Of a DNA stretch of 64,000 nt, positions 17,936 to 28,569 are shown piece after piece (positions within the stretch are counted from its first letter, which is position 1; each line of letters starts with the position of its first letter). This DNA is from Syntrophaceae bacterium. GTDB lineage: Bacteria; Desulfobacterota; Syntrophia; Syntrophales; Smithellaceae. A model generated the notes under the pieces. The model worked only from the letters and a program-made list of their open reading frames with translations. It did not search any database and was not told the DNA's origin. The position numbers and the translations under genes are program-made. Location: the NCBI GenBank assembly GCA_003142535.1, contig PLMQ01000064.1, positions 188,372 to 252,371 of the forward strand. The letters run 5' to 3'.

Positions 17936-20116
17936 ATGTGTCAAGGAAATATTAACACACAAGGCCAGCCATCGTATACATTCAACTCACAGAAGCAAGT
18001 TCTTATCAAAGAGATAGAAAATATGTTTACTAAAGAAAATGGATTTACATTGCCCATCAACTCAAACTTTCCCGATGGTAAAAAATACGCTTTTACTTTT
18101 ATCGCGCTCTTAATCATCCTGTTATCGATTTACTCCAACAGTTTCTATGGCGATTGGCACTTTGATGATGCTTTTAATATTAGTGATAATCCATACGTAC
18201 AAATTAAATCATTTTCCTGGGAAAATATTAAAAGTTGCATCTACGGATTAGCTCAAGAAAGACCATCTCGGCCTCTTTCATACTTGAGCTTCGCTCTAAA
18301 TTATTATTGGGATGGCACTAATGTTTTTGGTTATCATCTTGTAAATTTTATCATTCATTATCTGGCAGCGGTTTTTTTATTTTTATTTATTTACAACACG
18401 CTAAAACTGCCGCTGCTGCGGGAAAAATATGAAAATATCTCTTATCCTATTGCTCTGCTGGCAACTTTCTTCTGGGCAATCAATCCAGTTTTTGTAACCG
18501 CTGTCTCTTATATTGTCCAACGCATGGCTTCAATGGCGGGACTTTTTTACATCATGTCCATGTTTTTTTATTTGAAAGGGCGCACAGCTCAAAATTCAAC
18601 TCATTCCATTTCCTTCTTTATCTTGTGCTGTCTTGCTGGTTTTGCCGCTGTCCTTTCTAAGGAAAATGCCGCCATTCTTCCGGTCAGCATTTTATTATTT
18701 GATTTATTTTTAATTCAGGGCGTCACTAAAGAAAACATTAAGAAATTTATCAAGATTTCGACCGTGCCTTTTTTACTAATTATAATTATCGGATTTATTT
18801 ATACAGGTGGTTTTTCCAATGCTTTAAGTGGATATAAAATACGCGATTTCACAATGGTCCAAAGACTTTTGACCGAACCGCGTGTAATCATTTTTTATCT
18901 GTCTCTCTTATTTTATCCCATCAATTCCCGTTTAACGCTGCTCTATGATATAAACGTTTCTCATTCTCTCTTCCAACCCTGGACTACACTGCCTGCTATT
19001 TTGTTAATCCTGATAGCAGTCGGTTTTGCTTTTTATATTGCAAAAAAACGCCCACTCATTTCATTTTGTATTATTTTCTTTTTTTTAAACCATCTGATAG
19101 AGGGTTCAATATTTAATTTGGAATTAATATACGAGCATCGCAATTATCTTCCTGCCATGCTTTTATTCATTCCCATTGCAGATTTTTTTATTTTCGTCCT
19201 TGATTATTTTTCCTTTAAAAAGTTTCTGCAATTTTCTGTTTTTGCAGGCATAATTATCATAATTATCTGTATGGGCAATATTACGTATCGTCGCAATGCA
19301 ATTGTATCCGATGATTTCCGCCTCTGGCTTGATAATACTGAAAAATATCCTAATTTAAGCCGGACACATTCTAACTTAGGCAATGCGTACATTAACAGTC
19401 AACAAAGAGCTAAAGTTTTGCCGGAATATGAAAAAGCCGTGTCTTTAAATAATTTTGGCGGCATTTACGCCCGAGCGATTCAAGAACATAATTTGGGTCT
19501 ATATTATTACCAAGAGAAAAAATACTCTCAAGCGTTGTCTTATTTTGAAAGTTCTTATAAAGTATTAGATTATTATCTTCCTAATTCCATCTATATTTCT
19601 AAAATAAAATTAATCAATAATAAGATTACTGACGCTCACCGCATAATTGAAAAACAAATAGAAAAATATCCAGACAATCCCGAACTAGTAGAAATATTTA
19701 GCTTAATATTATACAAAGAAGGAAATCTTGATAAAGCTGAGGCATTATCAAAAAATGCTATCAAAAATAATTTGTCGAGTACATTCCATCTGATGATTCT
19801 AGCCGAGACCGCACGTAAAAAAGGAAATTATAAAAGTGCAATTATTTTATGGACTCATTATTATAATGTTTTCCCGCTGAATCCATATGCTAATCTTGCC
19901 CTAATCGAATTGTATTCCCAAACCAACAATTTTAAATTGCTGGACGAAGAGATAGCTAAATTATATTGCCTAAAAAGAAACAAAACACTTATCTCTTACA
20001 TAAAAGAAATTTCTCAAGATAAAAATCTTCTTGTTTATATTCCCGATATAGTCAAAATAAAGTCAATCGTTAAAAATAATAAGCAATTACTTATTCCACG
20101 GCAAAATTTTAACTGA
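17936..20116 (+). CDS. TMTC-like membrane protein: GT-C/DUF1736-like N-terminal polytopic domain plus C-terminal TPR repeats
   Basis: SFYGDWHFDDAFNISDNPYV follows TM1, and EHRNYLP appears after the TM bundle. The C-terminal ~270 aa are TPR-like (YPNLSRTHSNLGNAYI..., ALSYFESSYKV...). The alternative start at 18023 has the weaker RBS. Confidence 0.6.
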   Translation: MCQGNINTQGQPSYTFNSQKQVLIKEIENMFTKENGFTLPINSNFPDGKKYAFTFIALLIILLSIYSNSFYGDWHFDDAFNISDNPYVQIKSFSWENIKSCIYGLAQERPSRPLSYLSFALNYYWDGTNVFGYHLVNFIIHYLAAVFLFLFIYNTLKLPLLREKYENISYPIALLATFFWAINPVFVTAVSYIVQRMASMAGLFYIMSMFFYLKGRTAQNSTHSISFFILCCLAGFAAVLSKENAAILPVSILLFDLFLIQGVTKENIKKFIKISTVPFLLIIIIGFIYTGGFSNALSGYKIRDFTMVQRLLTEPRVIIFYLSLLFYPINSRLTLLYDINVSHSLFQPWTTLPAILLILIAVGFAFYIAKKRPLISFCIIFFFLNHLIEGSIFNLELIYEHRNYLPAMLLFIPIADFFIFVLDYFSFKKFLQFSVFAGIIIIIICMGNITYRRNAIVSDDFRLWLDNTEKYPNLSRTHSNLGNAYINSQQRAKVLPEYEKAVSLNNFGGIYARAIQEHNLGLYYYQEKKYSQALSYFESSYKVLDYYLPNSIYISKIKLINNKITDAHRIIEKQIEKYPDNPELVEIFSLILYKEGNLDKAEALSKNAIKNNLSSTFHLMILAETARKKGNYKSAIILWTHYYNVFPLNPYANLALIELYSQTNNFKLLDEEIAKLYCLKRNKTLISYIKEISQDKNLLVYIPDIVKIKSIVKNNKQLLIPRQNFN

Positions 20117-20191
20117 TTAAGATTTAAATCGCCGCTTGTACACAATTATTTTTTTAAAGAGGTATGCTTTTCATCAGCTGGAATTTATCGG

Positions 20192-20755
20192 CTATATCTT
20201 TCTGACAATGCAGAAATTATTCATGCCCACCTGGAAATATCTATGATGCTCTATGGCCATACCTGTTTGAGAAAATAATTTTTCCAGTTCTTCACGATCG
20301 TAGTATTTCTTGTGTTCTCTTATTTCATCGGCACTAATTATTTTTAGACGATAAGACAGAAATTCCAGAACAGGTTGAGCAGCTTTGCTGGGCACAGTCA
20401 TCACAAGCCGTCCATCCTTTTTTAATATCCGCCCTATTTCTTTTATCATGCCTGAAGGATCAGAAAGATGTTCAAGAACTGCCAACAGGGTAATCACATC
20501 AAAGGATTCCGCTGCAAAAGGCAATGTGTTGGCCATAATCATCTGTATAGTTTTTATTTTGCCGCTTTCTGACTCCTGCACCTTGTAATCAATGCCGATG
20601 CCGCTTTTTATGAATGGCTCTAAGGTCTTCAGCAAGCGGTAATCCCAGCCACAACCGACATCAAGCAGACAGCAATCCGGATACTGCCGTATCACCGGCA
20701 ATACCTTCCTGATGCGTAACGCTCTTAAGATTGGCTCCAGAATTGGTTCTTTCAT
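20192..20755 (-). CDS. class I SAM-dependent methyltransferase
   Basis: Motif I is LLDVGCGWD, followed by VITLLAVLEHL. It overlaps the upstream GT2 gene by 4 nt. Confidence 0.8.
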   Translation of the reverse strand: MKEPILEPILRALRIRKVLPVIRQYPDCCLLDVGCGWDYRLLKTLEPFIKSGIGIDYKVQESESGKIKTIQMIMANTLPFAAESFDVITLLAVLEHLSDPSGMIKEIGRILKKDGRLVMTVPSKAAQPVLEFLSYRLKIISADEIREHKKYYDREELEKLFSQTGMAIEHHRYFQVGMNNFCIVRKI

Positions 20756-21444
20756 GATCTCAGCAGGTTGTATTTAAAGATGCAGTAAAGCGCCCAAATA
20801 CCGTCTTTCCAATTTATTTTCTTGCCTTCATCATATGTCCGGCCATAATAGGAAATACCTACCTCATAGATACGACATTTTATTTTCGATATCTTGGCTG
20901 TTATCTCCGGTTCGAAACCGAACCTGTTTTCTTCAATGGTTATCGACTGAATGATTTCCCTCCGGAATGCTTTATAGCAGGTCTCGATATCAGTTAGAGT
21001 GAGATTGGTAAGCATATTTGAAATCAAAGTGATCAGGCCGTTGCCGACTCTATGCCAGAAATAGACCACACGGTGCGCTTCCGCCCCCATGAATCTTGAA
21101 CCAAAAACTACATCGGCCTTATCATCTATTATCGGCTGGAGCATTTTGTGATATTCGACAGGATCATACTCCAGATCGGCATCCTGAATGATAATAATAT
21201 CTCCGGTAGCCGCGCGGAAACCCTCTCGCAAAGCGGCACCCTTGCCTTGATTATAAGACTGATAGATAATAAGGCTGATCTTCGCCTCAATCCTACTTTT
21301 CAGGATTTCTCTTGTTCCGTCTGTTGAGCAATCATCAACGACAATGATTTCCTTGTCGGGATAAGGTGAACGCAACACAGCGTCGATAATTTTTTCGATT
21401 GTGGCGGCTTCATTATAACAGGGAATTACTACACTAAGTTTCAT
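20752..21444 (-). CDS. GT2 glycosyltransferase, polyprenyl-phosphate-sugar synthase-like (ArnC/Ppm1 type)
   Basis: Motifs LSVVIPCYNEAATIE, VVDDCSTDGT and IIQDADLEYDP. Confidence 0.8.
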   Translation of the reverse strand: MKLSVVIPCYNEAATIEKIIDAVLRSPYPDKEIIVVDDCSTDGTREILKSRIEAKISLIIYQSYNQGKGAALREGFRAATGDIIIIQDADLEYDPVEYHKMLQPIIDDKADVVFGSRFMGAEAHRVVYFWHRVGNGLITLISNMLTNLTLTDIETCYKAFRREIIQSITIEENRFGFEPEITAKISKIKCRIYEVGISYYGRTYDEGKKINWKDGIWALYCIFKYNLLRS

Positions 21445-21547
21445 ACATATCCATCCTTATAGATATACCTATAACAGTTTAGAAATACACTATAATACCT
21501 TTTTTTACATCAAAAAATCGCATATCTCTCTTCTCCGAAGATGAAGG

Positions 21548-23404
21548 CTAATGTGTCTTTTGGAGATCTATACGCTGGGCAATAATGATACCGAATTTAT
21601 TGTCATGTAACGGCACTTCTCCAATACGGACAATAGAAACATAGTTTTCCCCTATCCAGGAAAAAAGATTCTCCGCATAATCCATGCCGAAATATCGTGC
21701 ACCGTATTCCGACGTATCTCGATGCATTAAAATAATGAAATCCGGTTTGCGCGCGGTCAAATCACTTATTATTCTTTCTTCGCCAACTCTTGCGACCAGG
21801 ATGGGCATGAATTCAAAGTTTGAAGAGGCACTTTGACGACGGGACAAATAATTCAATATAATGCCCTCGGGAAAGACAACAAAACTTTGATCTTTCCGGA
21901 TAAATTTCTGGATTTGCTGAAGTGCGAGATCAATTGCCAGCCCTTGAGGCAAAATAGCGGGATTCCATGAAAGGATCATATCATGACCACGTCCCACAGG
22001 ATAAGTTTTTAAATCATATATTTTTTTTGACCAAAGAACGTGGGCAATCAGAACTACTAAAAGCAAAGCTACCGCCAATCCACGGAAAAAACCTACACCT
22101 CCCATAGCCCGACCCAGCGATTTGGGAAGTTGATAAAGCAATGCCATAATTAATAATAAAACTGCCGGCATTGCCAGAGCAAAGCCGTAGTGATATACAT
22201 GCACATTTAAAATAATCTTCAAAAGCAGCACGGACGCAAAGACTGTCACAACAAACAATGAAAGCGTGCGTATTACGCTCTGTCGATCGTTGCGTGTTTT
22301 AAAAATCTCCACAAGAAAATAAATAGCCAGTAGCAGCATAACCAGGGGGAGTGGTCTGAAAATTTCAGTCCAGCGAATATAATTAATGTAGAATGCAGAG
22401 AAGATAAAAATCAATATTAGAATACAAACAGCCATGCTGATTCTGAAAGCTTTATTTTTAATGCGGGCAATAAGTAATGTCAAGAAACCCATTATAGCAA
22501 TAATTAGTATATACTCTATAGCAACAAAACCCATCATAGATATATTGAAAAATGGCTCATCAAAACCCAAGTTTCTCAAGGCAAATATGTTGCTGGAAAC
22601 AGCCTTTTCCAGTAACAAGCTATACGGATAAAGGATTACTTTTATTGCTGTCTCATAAGGCATATATGTTGAAAAATAGACCAGAAAACAAAATACTGGA
22701 ATTATAAATCCTATAACACCCATTCCCAAAGACTTGATAAAAAATCGGGAAATTTTTGGTTTTTCAATAACCGCCAAACATATAAATCCTGCGGACAAAG
22801 CCACCATCACGGCAATGAATACTTCTAATTTTGTCAGAAAAATAATGCCGGTTGTTATGCCCAGTATTGTTAAATATACAATGCGGTGTTGCCTCAAGAA
22901 TTGTAAAAAAATAACAAAAGCAACAAAAGCTAGAAAAACGCCGTGAGTTAATTCATGGGAATAAGGACAAACAAAATTATAGTTTCCTGTGACAACATAT
23001 TGAGAGAAAGCAAACATCAGAAGAAAGGTTGCTGATGCGGCAAAAGCAACATACTTGTCTGTCGTAGAAGAAAAAAAGTAATATATAAGTAAAACAAGCG
23101 CTATAATCAATCCAATGTTAAACCAGGCCAGAGTCATTAAACCCGTCCCAAACAGCTTGAATAGCAGGGCATTGAAATATTGGGAGAATGGTCCGTAATA
23201 ATGCGCTACATCCAAATATAATACTTTTCCTTCGGTCAATTGCCAGGGTATATATAGTTCTCTTCCGAAATCAACCAAGATATCTGGCCATTTTCGCCAA
23301 CTTATTGAAAGCATGCCGATTCCAGTTATAATAAGAAAAAGTCCCATAATCGCTGTTTCGATCTTTGGCAAATTATCCCGTATCCAAGATGTTATTTCCC
23401 GCAA
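21548..23404 (-). CDS. GT-C-like polytopic membrane glycosyltransferase
   Basis: About 14 TM segments. The first loop reads WPDILVDFGRELYIPWQLTEGKVLYLDVAHYYGPFSQY, which is PMT_2/ArnT-like. TTG start; an ATG 19 codons downstream is an alternative. Confidence 0.55.
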   Translation of the reverse strand: MREITSWIRDNLPKIETAIMGLFLIITGIGMLSISWRKWPDILVDFGRELYIPWQLTEGKVLYLDVAHYYGPFSQYFNALLFKLFGTGLMTLAWFNIGLIIALVLLIYYFFSSTTDKYVAFAASATFLLMFAFSQYVVTGNYNFVCPYSHELTHGVFLAFVAFVIFLQFLRQHRIVYLTILGITTGIIFLTKLEVFIAVMVALSAGFICLAVIEKPKISRFFIKSLGMGVIGFIIPVFCFLVYFSTYMPYETAIKVILYPYSLLLEKAVSSNIFALRNLGFDEPFFNISMMGFVAIEYILIIAIMGFLTLLIARIKNKAFRISMAVCILILIFIFSAFYINYIRWTEIFRPLPLVMLLLAIYFLVEIFKTRNDRQSVIRTLSLFVVTVFASVLLLKIILNVHVYHYGFALAMPAVLLLIMALLYQLPKSLGRAMGGVGFFRGLAVALLLVVLIAHVLWSKKIYDLKTYPVGRGHDMILSWNPAILPQGLAIDLALQQIQKFIRKDQSFVVFPEGIILNYLSRRQSASSNFEFMPILVARVGEERIISDLTARKPDFIILMHRDTSEYGARYFGMDYAENLFSWIGENYVSIVRIGEVPLHDNKFGIIIAQRIDLQKTH

Positions 23405-23912
23405 GATAAATCCTCCTTAATACAATTAACGGCATACAAATTAATAATAATCTAACATCTTTATATTCTGTAAATCAAAGAATTATTATTTTTTGTTTTA
23501 TTTAATTTTTTATGGAATACGACTATTTGCAGTCATCAGCGTTACCCCCGAATACTCCTGGGATGAATACATTCAGTCATGACACTTCATGAAAAAGAGG
23601 TGTGCAGGAGAGGTCTGTTCGAAAAAGGATGTAATATGCCTTTTGAGTCTTGCCAAATCACAAATATCTGCATCGTATACGACAATCAACGGCATTATCT
23701 CACCTTTGGCCGTCAAGGCTCTATACACCCTCAATCCACGACACAATATAGTATGGGAAAAATTGACATTCAAGCAGACATTCTCTATACGTTACCATAG
23801 TACAGTAAGTTCTTATCAAAAATAGCAAAGTTGATACGAAGAAATCAAGTAATGACATTTTGCGTAATCATTCCCCTGCCCTATATGCTGACATGAATGT
23901 CTTGAATTCCTA

Positions 23913-24866
23913 TCAAACACAAGGAGTCCAAACAACTACTGAATACCCTTCAATAAAAAGACTCCCCACAAATGTTCTTTGAGCTTGAAGGATCTTTATC
24001 TCATCATCGTTCTCCAATTTCCGCAAGTAAGTCAAAAAACCATGAAGATAGTTGCGCTTCTTGAAATATTCAATCGATAAATAATCTATCAAGTTATTCT
24101 CGTCTAAGAGTTCGGAAATTGGTTCCACATGTATGCAAAGTTTCGGTTTATTTTTTATTAAGTAGTTAACGAATTTCTTGAATTTAGTTCCTACTTGTTC
24201 CAACGAAGCAACGGTATATACTATTGAATTATTGGCTAACTGAAAATCCATATCGGGATTGAAATAATCAAATCTGTGTGCGTATAATTTTGAAATAATT
24301 CCTTTTGAAGCAATTTGATTAATAATTTCTTGCGACGCAGGCGCCCAATCAAGTCCCCACAGGGCCGCTGTTAAATTTACCTTTCTTGTTCTAAGTAAAT
24401 GATAGCCCGTGCCACACCCGAACTCGTAGATAGCATCGACCTCTCTCATATACTTATCAGACAACCAATCAACAATAACGCAGAGCGTACGATACTCAAA
24501 AACTTTGGAGGCGGGCTTCACAAACTTCCGATTGATTCTTACGTAATCGTACTTGCCAAAATAATTTGGAATAATTGAGTCAATATCTTGGCTTTCAATT
24601 AATTTTTTTAGATTTTCCTTCCACCCTATTTCCCATTGCGCGAATCGATGTTCTCCTGCCTTAACAAGATTTTTATCTATCAACGCAGCGACTATTTTTT
24701 TTATGCATGCATCACTTTCTGCATTTGTTATGTCAAAATATTCGAGTGAATATTCGCATATTTTCTCTTTTACAAAATCAGAAAGGTTTTCTTTGAATAG
24801 ATACTCAAAATCTTTAAAAGTTAATTTTCTCTTATATTTTTCATCCCTCGAACAAACTCTGTCCAT
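23913..24866 (-). CDS. SAM-dependent methyltransferase with an N-terminal extension
   Basis: Motif I is IYEFGCGTGYHLL. It is the last gene of the minus-strand sugar operon. Confidence 0.65.
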   Translation of the reverse strand: MDRVCSRDEKYKRKLTFKDFEYLFKENLSDFVKEKICEYSLEYFDITNAESDACIKKIVAALIDKNLVKAGEHRFAQWEIGWKENLKKLIESQDIDSIIPNYFGKYDYVRINRKFVKPASKVFEYRTLCVIVDWLSDKYMREVDAIYEFGCGTGYHLLRTRKVNLTAALWGLDWAPASQEIINQIASKGIISKLYAHRFDYFNPDMDFQLANNSIVYTVASLEQVGTKFKKFVNYLIKNKPKLCIHVEPISELLDENNLIDYLSIEYFKKRNYLHGFLTYLRKLENDDEIKILQAQRTFVGSLFIEGYSVVVWTPCV

Positions 24867-24869
24867 CTT

Positions 24870-25790
24870 TTATATTCTCACATTCGGATAATTTGATTCG
24901 AACCAGTTGACAGTCTCTTTGACGCCTCTTTCGATGGAGGTAAATTCAAAATCAGGACAATACTTTTTAAATTTTGTTGTATCAGAAGGTTTGCGAAATT
25001 GGCCATCCGGCTTGGATGAATCGAAGATTATTTTACCCTTAAATTTCATTTCAGCTGTAACAATCTCAACTAATTCCTTTATACTGATTTCAACTCCAGA
25101 AGAAAATATGATAGGCGAGTCCTCATTATAATTATCAAGCGCCCAAACGGCAAGTTTCGCAATATCAACTGAAAATACAAACTCACGTAAAGGTTTACCA
25201 CTTCCCCAAACTGTCAAATCCAACTTATGCTTTTTAGCAATAAAACATCTGTGGATCAAGGAGGGCATCACATGCCCATCTTCAAGACTCCAATTGTCAT
25301 TTGGCCCATAGATATTAGTTGGGATAGCGACAATATAATTGCAATTCCATTCTTTTCTATACGCGCTACTTTGTACTTCCAACATACGCTTTGCATAGGC
25401 ATATCCAAAGTTCGACGGATGAGGCGGTCCATTGTGAATATCCTTTTCATTTAATGGATAGCTACATTGATCTGGGAATACACACGTAGACATGAAGGAT
25501 ATTAGTTTTTTTACTCCACAAATACGGGAACATTCCAAAACATTAGTATTGATCATTACATTGCTTCTAAAGTATTCACCAGAATGCATTATATTACCAC
25601 CAATGCCTCCGACTACCGCCGCAAGATGGATAACACGCGTTGGTTTTATCGTCTCGAATATATACTTTGTTTTTTCGAAATCAGTTAAATCGACATCTTC
25701 ATGGGTAACATACTCGAAGTTCGGCAAATCCAGTTTTCTAATGGCACATCCAACCAATCCATTTGCACCTGTTACCAATGTTTTATCCAT
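24870..25790 (-). CDS. fcl: GDP-L-fucose synthase-like NDP-4-keto-6-deoxyhexose 3,5-epimerase/4-reductase
   Basis: Motifs LVTGANGLVGCAI, VIHLAAVVGGIGGNIMHSGEYFRSNVMINTNVLE and YAYAKRM. I moved the start to Met23 of the track ORF to remove the overlap with the upstream gene. Confidence 0.7.
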   Translation of the reverse strand: MDKTLVTGANGLVGCAIRKLDLPNFEYVTHEDVDLTDFEKTKYIFETIKPTRVIHLAAVVGGIGGNIMHSGEYFRSNVMINTNVLECSRICGVKKLISFMSTCVFPDQCSYPLNEKDIHNGPPHPSNFGYAYAKRMLEVQSSAYRKEWNCNYIVAIPTNIYGPNDNWSLEDGHVMPSLIHRCFIAKKHKLDLTVWGSGKPLREFVFSVDIAKLAVWALDNYNEDSPIIFSSGVEISIKELVEIVTAEMKFKGKIIFDSSKPDGQFRKPSDTTKFKKYCPDFEFTSIERGVKETVNWFESNYPNVRI

Positions 25791-25822
25791 TTTATCTACT
25801 CCTCTCAGGTAACTCAGATTTC

Positions 25823-26854
25823 TTAACTGCTGATCCCATAAAGGGCTTTTTGCCACTCGATCGTATTTGCGAGACCTTTATCCAAGGTTACGTATTCATT
25901 TTTGCCAAATTCCAGCTGAACTTTTGTCATGTCTAAATAAACATCATCCGGTGCCCCTGCCATATCTTTATCGGCTGCCGGAAAAATTACAGGTACATTT
26001 AAATAGCTCCCTATCTTATGCGCCAATTCTCTAATTGTAGTTCGAGAATTCCCACCAACATTGTAAATAGGGTCTTTACCAAATAACAATACATTCCACA
26101 TAATCTCTATTGCATCAGAGATATAACAATATGTACGTTTTGCTTGACCTTGATCAAGGAGTGTTATCTGCCCTTTTAATGATTTCTCAATAAAAGAATT
26201 TATGACTCTCATGTCTCCTGGTCTTGTTCCGGGCCCGTAAGCAAGGGCTAACCGAACCGACTTTGCATCTATCCCTTTTATCCTATGCGCATTACAAATT
26301 GCCTCGCCGCATCGTTTGCCCTCAATATAACAGGCCCTTGGATGCGTTGTACTTGTCATGCCTATTTCAGATTCTTTGAAAGGAGGATTATTTAGACCGC
26401 TATAAAGCTCGCTTGTGCTGGCAAATAAAAATTTGCCATTTTCCGCCAATTTATCGATAAGCATGAACATAGAAAAGGTATTCAGTTTTAATGTCTTTAT
26501 CTGATCCTGCAAAAATCTACCTGGCTGGCCATATCCTGCAGCATGTATTATAATGTCGGCCTTCGGCAGCATACCAATAAATTCAGCACTGGTTAAATCA
26601 CCGCGATAAATTTTTACATTGTCAAAATTCAGCAATTCTTTTAAATGGGGAAGAGGTTCATTTTGCATCACTGCAATAGTAGTAAATCTTATATTACACT
26701 TTTGAGAAAGATACTTCAAACACGCAATAAAATATCCTCCAATTAGACCAGATGCGCCTGTAATTAAAATGGTCTTGCCAATAATTACATCAAAGTTAAC
26801 CTTCTCACAAATCCGCGCTGCATCTTGGATAATAATATCCACGAGTTTATTCAT
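25823..26854 (-). CDS. extended SDR NDP-sugar epimerase/dehydratase/decarboxylase
   Basis: Motifs ILITGASGLIGGY, STSELYS and YIEGK. Confidence 0.7.
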   Translation of the reverse strand: MNKLVDIIIQDAARICEKVNFDVIIGKTILITGASGLIGGYFIACLKYLSQKCNIRFTTIAVMQNEPLPHLKELLNFDNVKIYRGDLTSAEFIGMLPKADIIIHAAGYGQPGRFLQDQIKTLKLNTFSMFMLIDKLAENGKFLFASTSELYSGLNNPPFKESEIGMTSTTHPRACYIEGKRCGEAICNAHRIKGIDAKSVRLALAYGPGTRPGDMRVINSFIEKSLKGQITLLDQGQAKRTYCYISDAIEIMWNVLLFGKDPIYNVGGNSRTTIRELAHKIGSYLNVPVIFPAADKDMAGAPDDVYLDMTKVQLEFGKNEYVTLDKGLANTIEWQKALYGISS

Positions 26855-26905
26855 ACATGAACCCTACTATCTTTTCTCTGATTAGGCATGTCGTCAGAAT
26901 TGCGT

Positions 26906-27793
26906 TTATTCATATATGCACCTCTCTATCTTTTTTCTGATTTTATCTGCTGTCAAACCGAGATGGGCATCATGCTCTGCTGCAAGCCCGTAATTAGTCA
27001 ACATTTTATGTGGAATGCCAATACATTCTAATGTAATAGGTCTTGACTTCATCGCACGTATAATTTCCGAAGATAAGACTCCACGGTAATATGGTTCACA
27101 GAGTATAACTTTTGAAGATGCTGCATTTTTTTTCAGTGTATCAGCATCGAATGGTATAACTGTCGTATAATATAAAATCGTGACATCAAGCTCTTTACAG
27201 GCATCAATAACCGCCTCCAGAATAGGCCCGACCGCTATTACCGTTGCCAGTTCTCCTTGCTTTACAACTTCTGCCCTTCCAAAGCTTACCTTATGTTCAG
27301 TACTATTCTGCCTTTCACTTAACCGAAAATAAGTAGGGTTATTATTTGCGTAAACTTGTCGAAAAAGAGTATCAAATTCTCCCGATGTACCCGGTAAAAT
27401 AATCTCCATGCCTGGAAGATTTTTCAATATCCCCACATCCCCCGGACAATGATGTGTACACCCCAATGCTGCATAATCATAAGCAGCGCCGACACTGATA
27501 AAATTACCTCCAAGCAGTTGATAGCAAAAATCAATTTTTAACTGTTCAAGACTTCTTTCCACTATGAATGGTGCGATGGTATGGACTACCGGAATAAAAC
27601 CCTCCATTGACAAGCCCGCAGCAAGACTGATTGTTGACTGTTCAAGGATACCGATATTATAGACACGATCGACGAATGATTCAAACGCTTTTCTAAAGCC
27701 AAAAACACCAATATCCCCAAGCAATAGCACAAGGCGCTCATCTTGTGCTAAAATGGATTCTACCGTTTTTACCAATTGCTGCCTCATGTTCAT
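26906..27793 (-). CDS. transketolase, C-terminal (pyrimidine-binding) subunit
   Basis: It reads MNMRQQLVKTVESIL...GDIGVFGF and has the size and order of split transketolases. The ATG at 27793 overlaps the stop of the N-terminal subunit gene (ATGA). Confidence 0.75.
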   Translation of the reverse strand: MNMRQQLVKTVESILAQDERLVLLLGDIGVFGFRKAFESFVDRVYNIGILEQSTISLAAGLSMEGFIPVVHTIAPFIVERSLEQLKIDFCYQLLGGNFISVGAAYDYAALGCTHHCPGDVGILKNLPGMEIILPGTSGEFDTLFRQVYANNNPTYFRLSERQNSTEHKVSFGRAEVVKQGELATVIAVGPILEAVIDACKELDVTILYYTTVIPFDADTLKKNAASSKVILCEPYYRGVLSSEIIRAMKSRPITLECIGIPHKMLTNYGLAAEHDAHLGLTADKIRKKIERCIYE

Positions 27794-28569
27794 GATAACT
27801 GCTCCAAGATAGCAGGAAGGTCTTCCTTTCGCGGCGATTTGTGATGCCACTCCGGATTATTTTCCATTATCTTGCACCCAAACCCCTTGACTGTTTCAGC
27901 AACAACGGCCAATGGCGCAGAATCGTGTGAACAAGATAACGCAGAATATATTTCCTCGTGATTATGCCCATTTATGGAGAAGCTTTCCCAACCGAATGAT
28001 TTAAACTTTGAAACCATATCACCGACTTTTAGCGCCCGATCGGTGGAGTGATTATAATCTATAATACAACATAGATTTGATAAGTTATGATGCGATGCAA
28101 GTAGTGCCGATTCCCAGACTGACCCCTCATTAGCTTCTCCATCACCTATAAGAACAAATACTTTGGAATCTATTTTTTTTATCCTAAGACCTAATGCAAT
28201 CCCGACGCTCATTGGAAAACCATGACCAAGGGATCCGGTTGATGCTTCTACTCCGGAAACTTTATTGCGATCTGGATGGCCTCCCAAAAAACCATCATAC
28301 TTTCCGAAATCTTCGAGTTCCGAGGAAGGGAAGAATCCTTTTTTCGCAAGGATTACATATAACCCAAGGGCCGCATGACCTTTGCTTAAAATGAACCTGT
28401 CACGTGTAGGACTCTTTGGATAAGATGGATTGATTTTAAGAATGCGATCATAGAGCACCCATAAAATATCGAGAATTGACAAAGCACTGGGAACGTGCCC
28501 TTCTCCAGCATTGGTTGCCATACTTATTATGGTTCTTCTAAGTTTTTTCATCAATTTACTTTGGTTCAA
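27790..28569 (-). CDS. transketolase, N-terminal (ThDP-binding) subunit
   Basis: Motifs GHVPSALSILDILWVLY and GDGEANEGSVWE (the GDG-x-N ThDP/Mg motif). Confidence 0.8.
   Translation of the reverse strand: MNQSKLMKKLRRTIISMATNAGEGHVPSALSILDILWVLYDRILKINPSYPKSPTRDRFILSKGHAALGLYVILAKKGFFPSSELEDFGKYDGFLGGHPDRNKVSGVEASTGSLGHGFPMSVGIALGLRIKKIDSKVFVLIGDGEANEGSVWESALLASHHNLSNLCCIIDYNHSTDRALKVGDMVSKFKSFGWESFSINGHNHEEIYSALSCSHDSAPLAVVAETVKGFGCKIMENNPEWHHKSPRKEDLPAILEQLS

Noticed and set aside
23405-23912. A 500 nt gap with small ORFs (23573-23773 minus, 23579-23800 and 23589-23825 plus). The minus ORF contains MPLIVVYDADICDLARL, which faintly resembles a PIN-domain N-terminus
   Set aside because: The similarity is limited to about 15 residues and the ORF stops after ~40 further residues. 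There is no RBS and no partner antitoxin. It could be a decayed gene remnant, but I cannot support any call.
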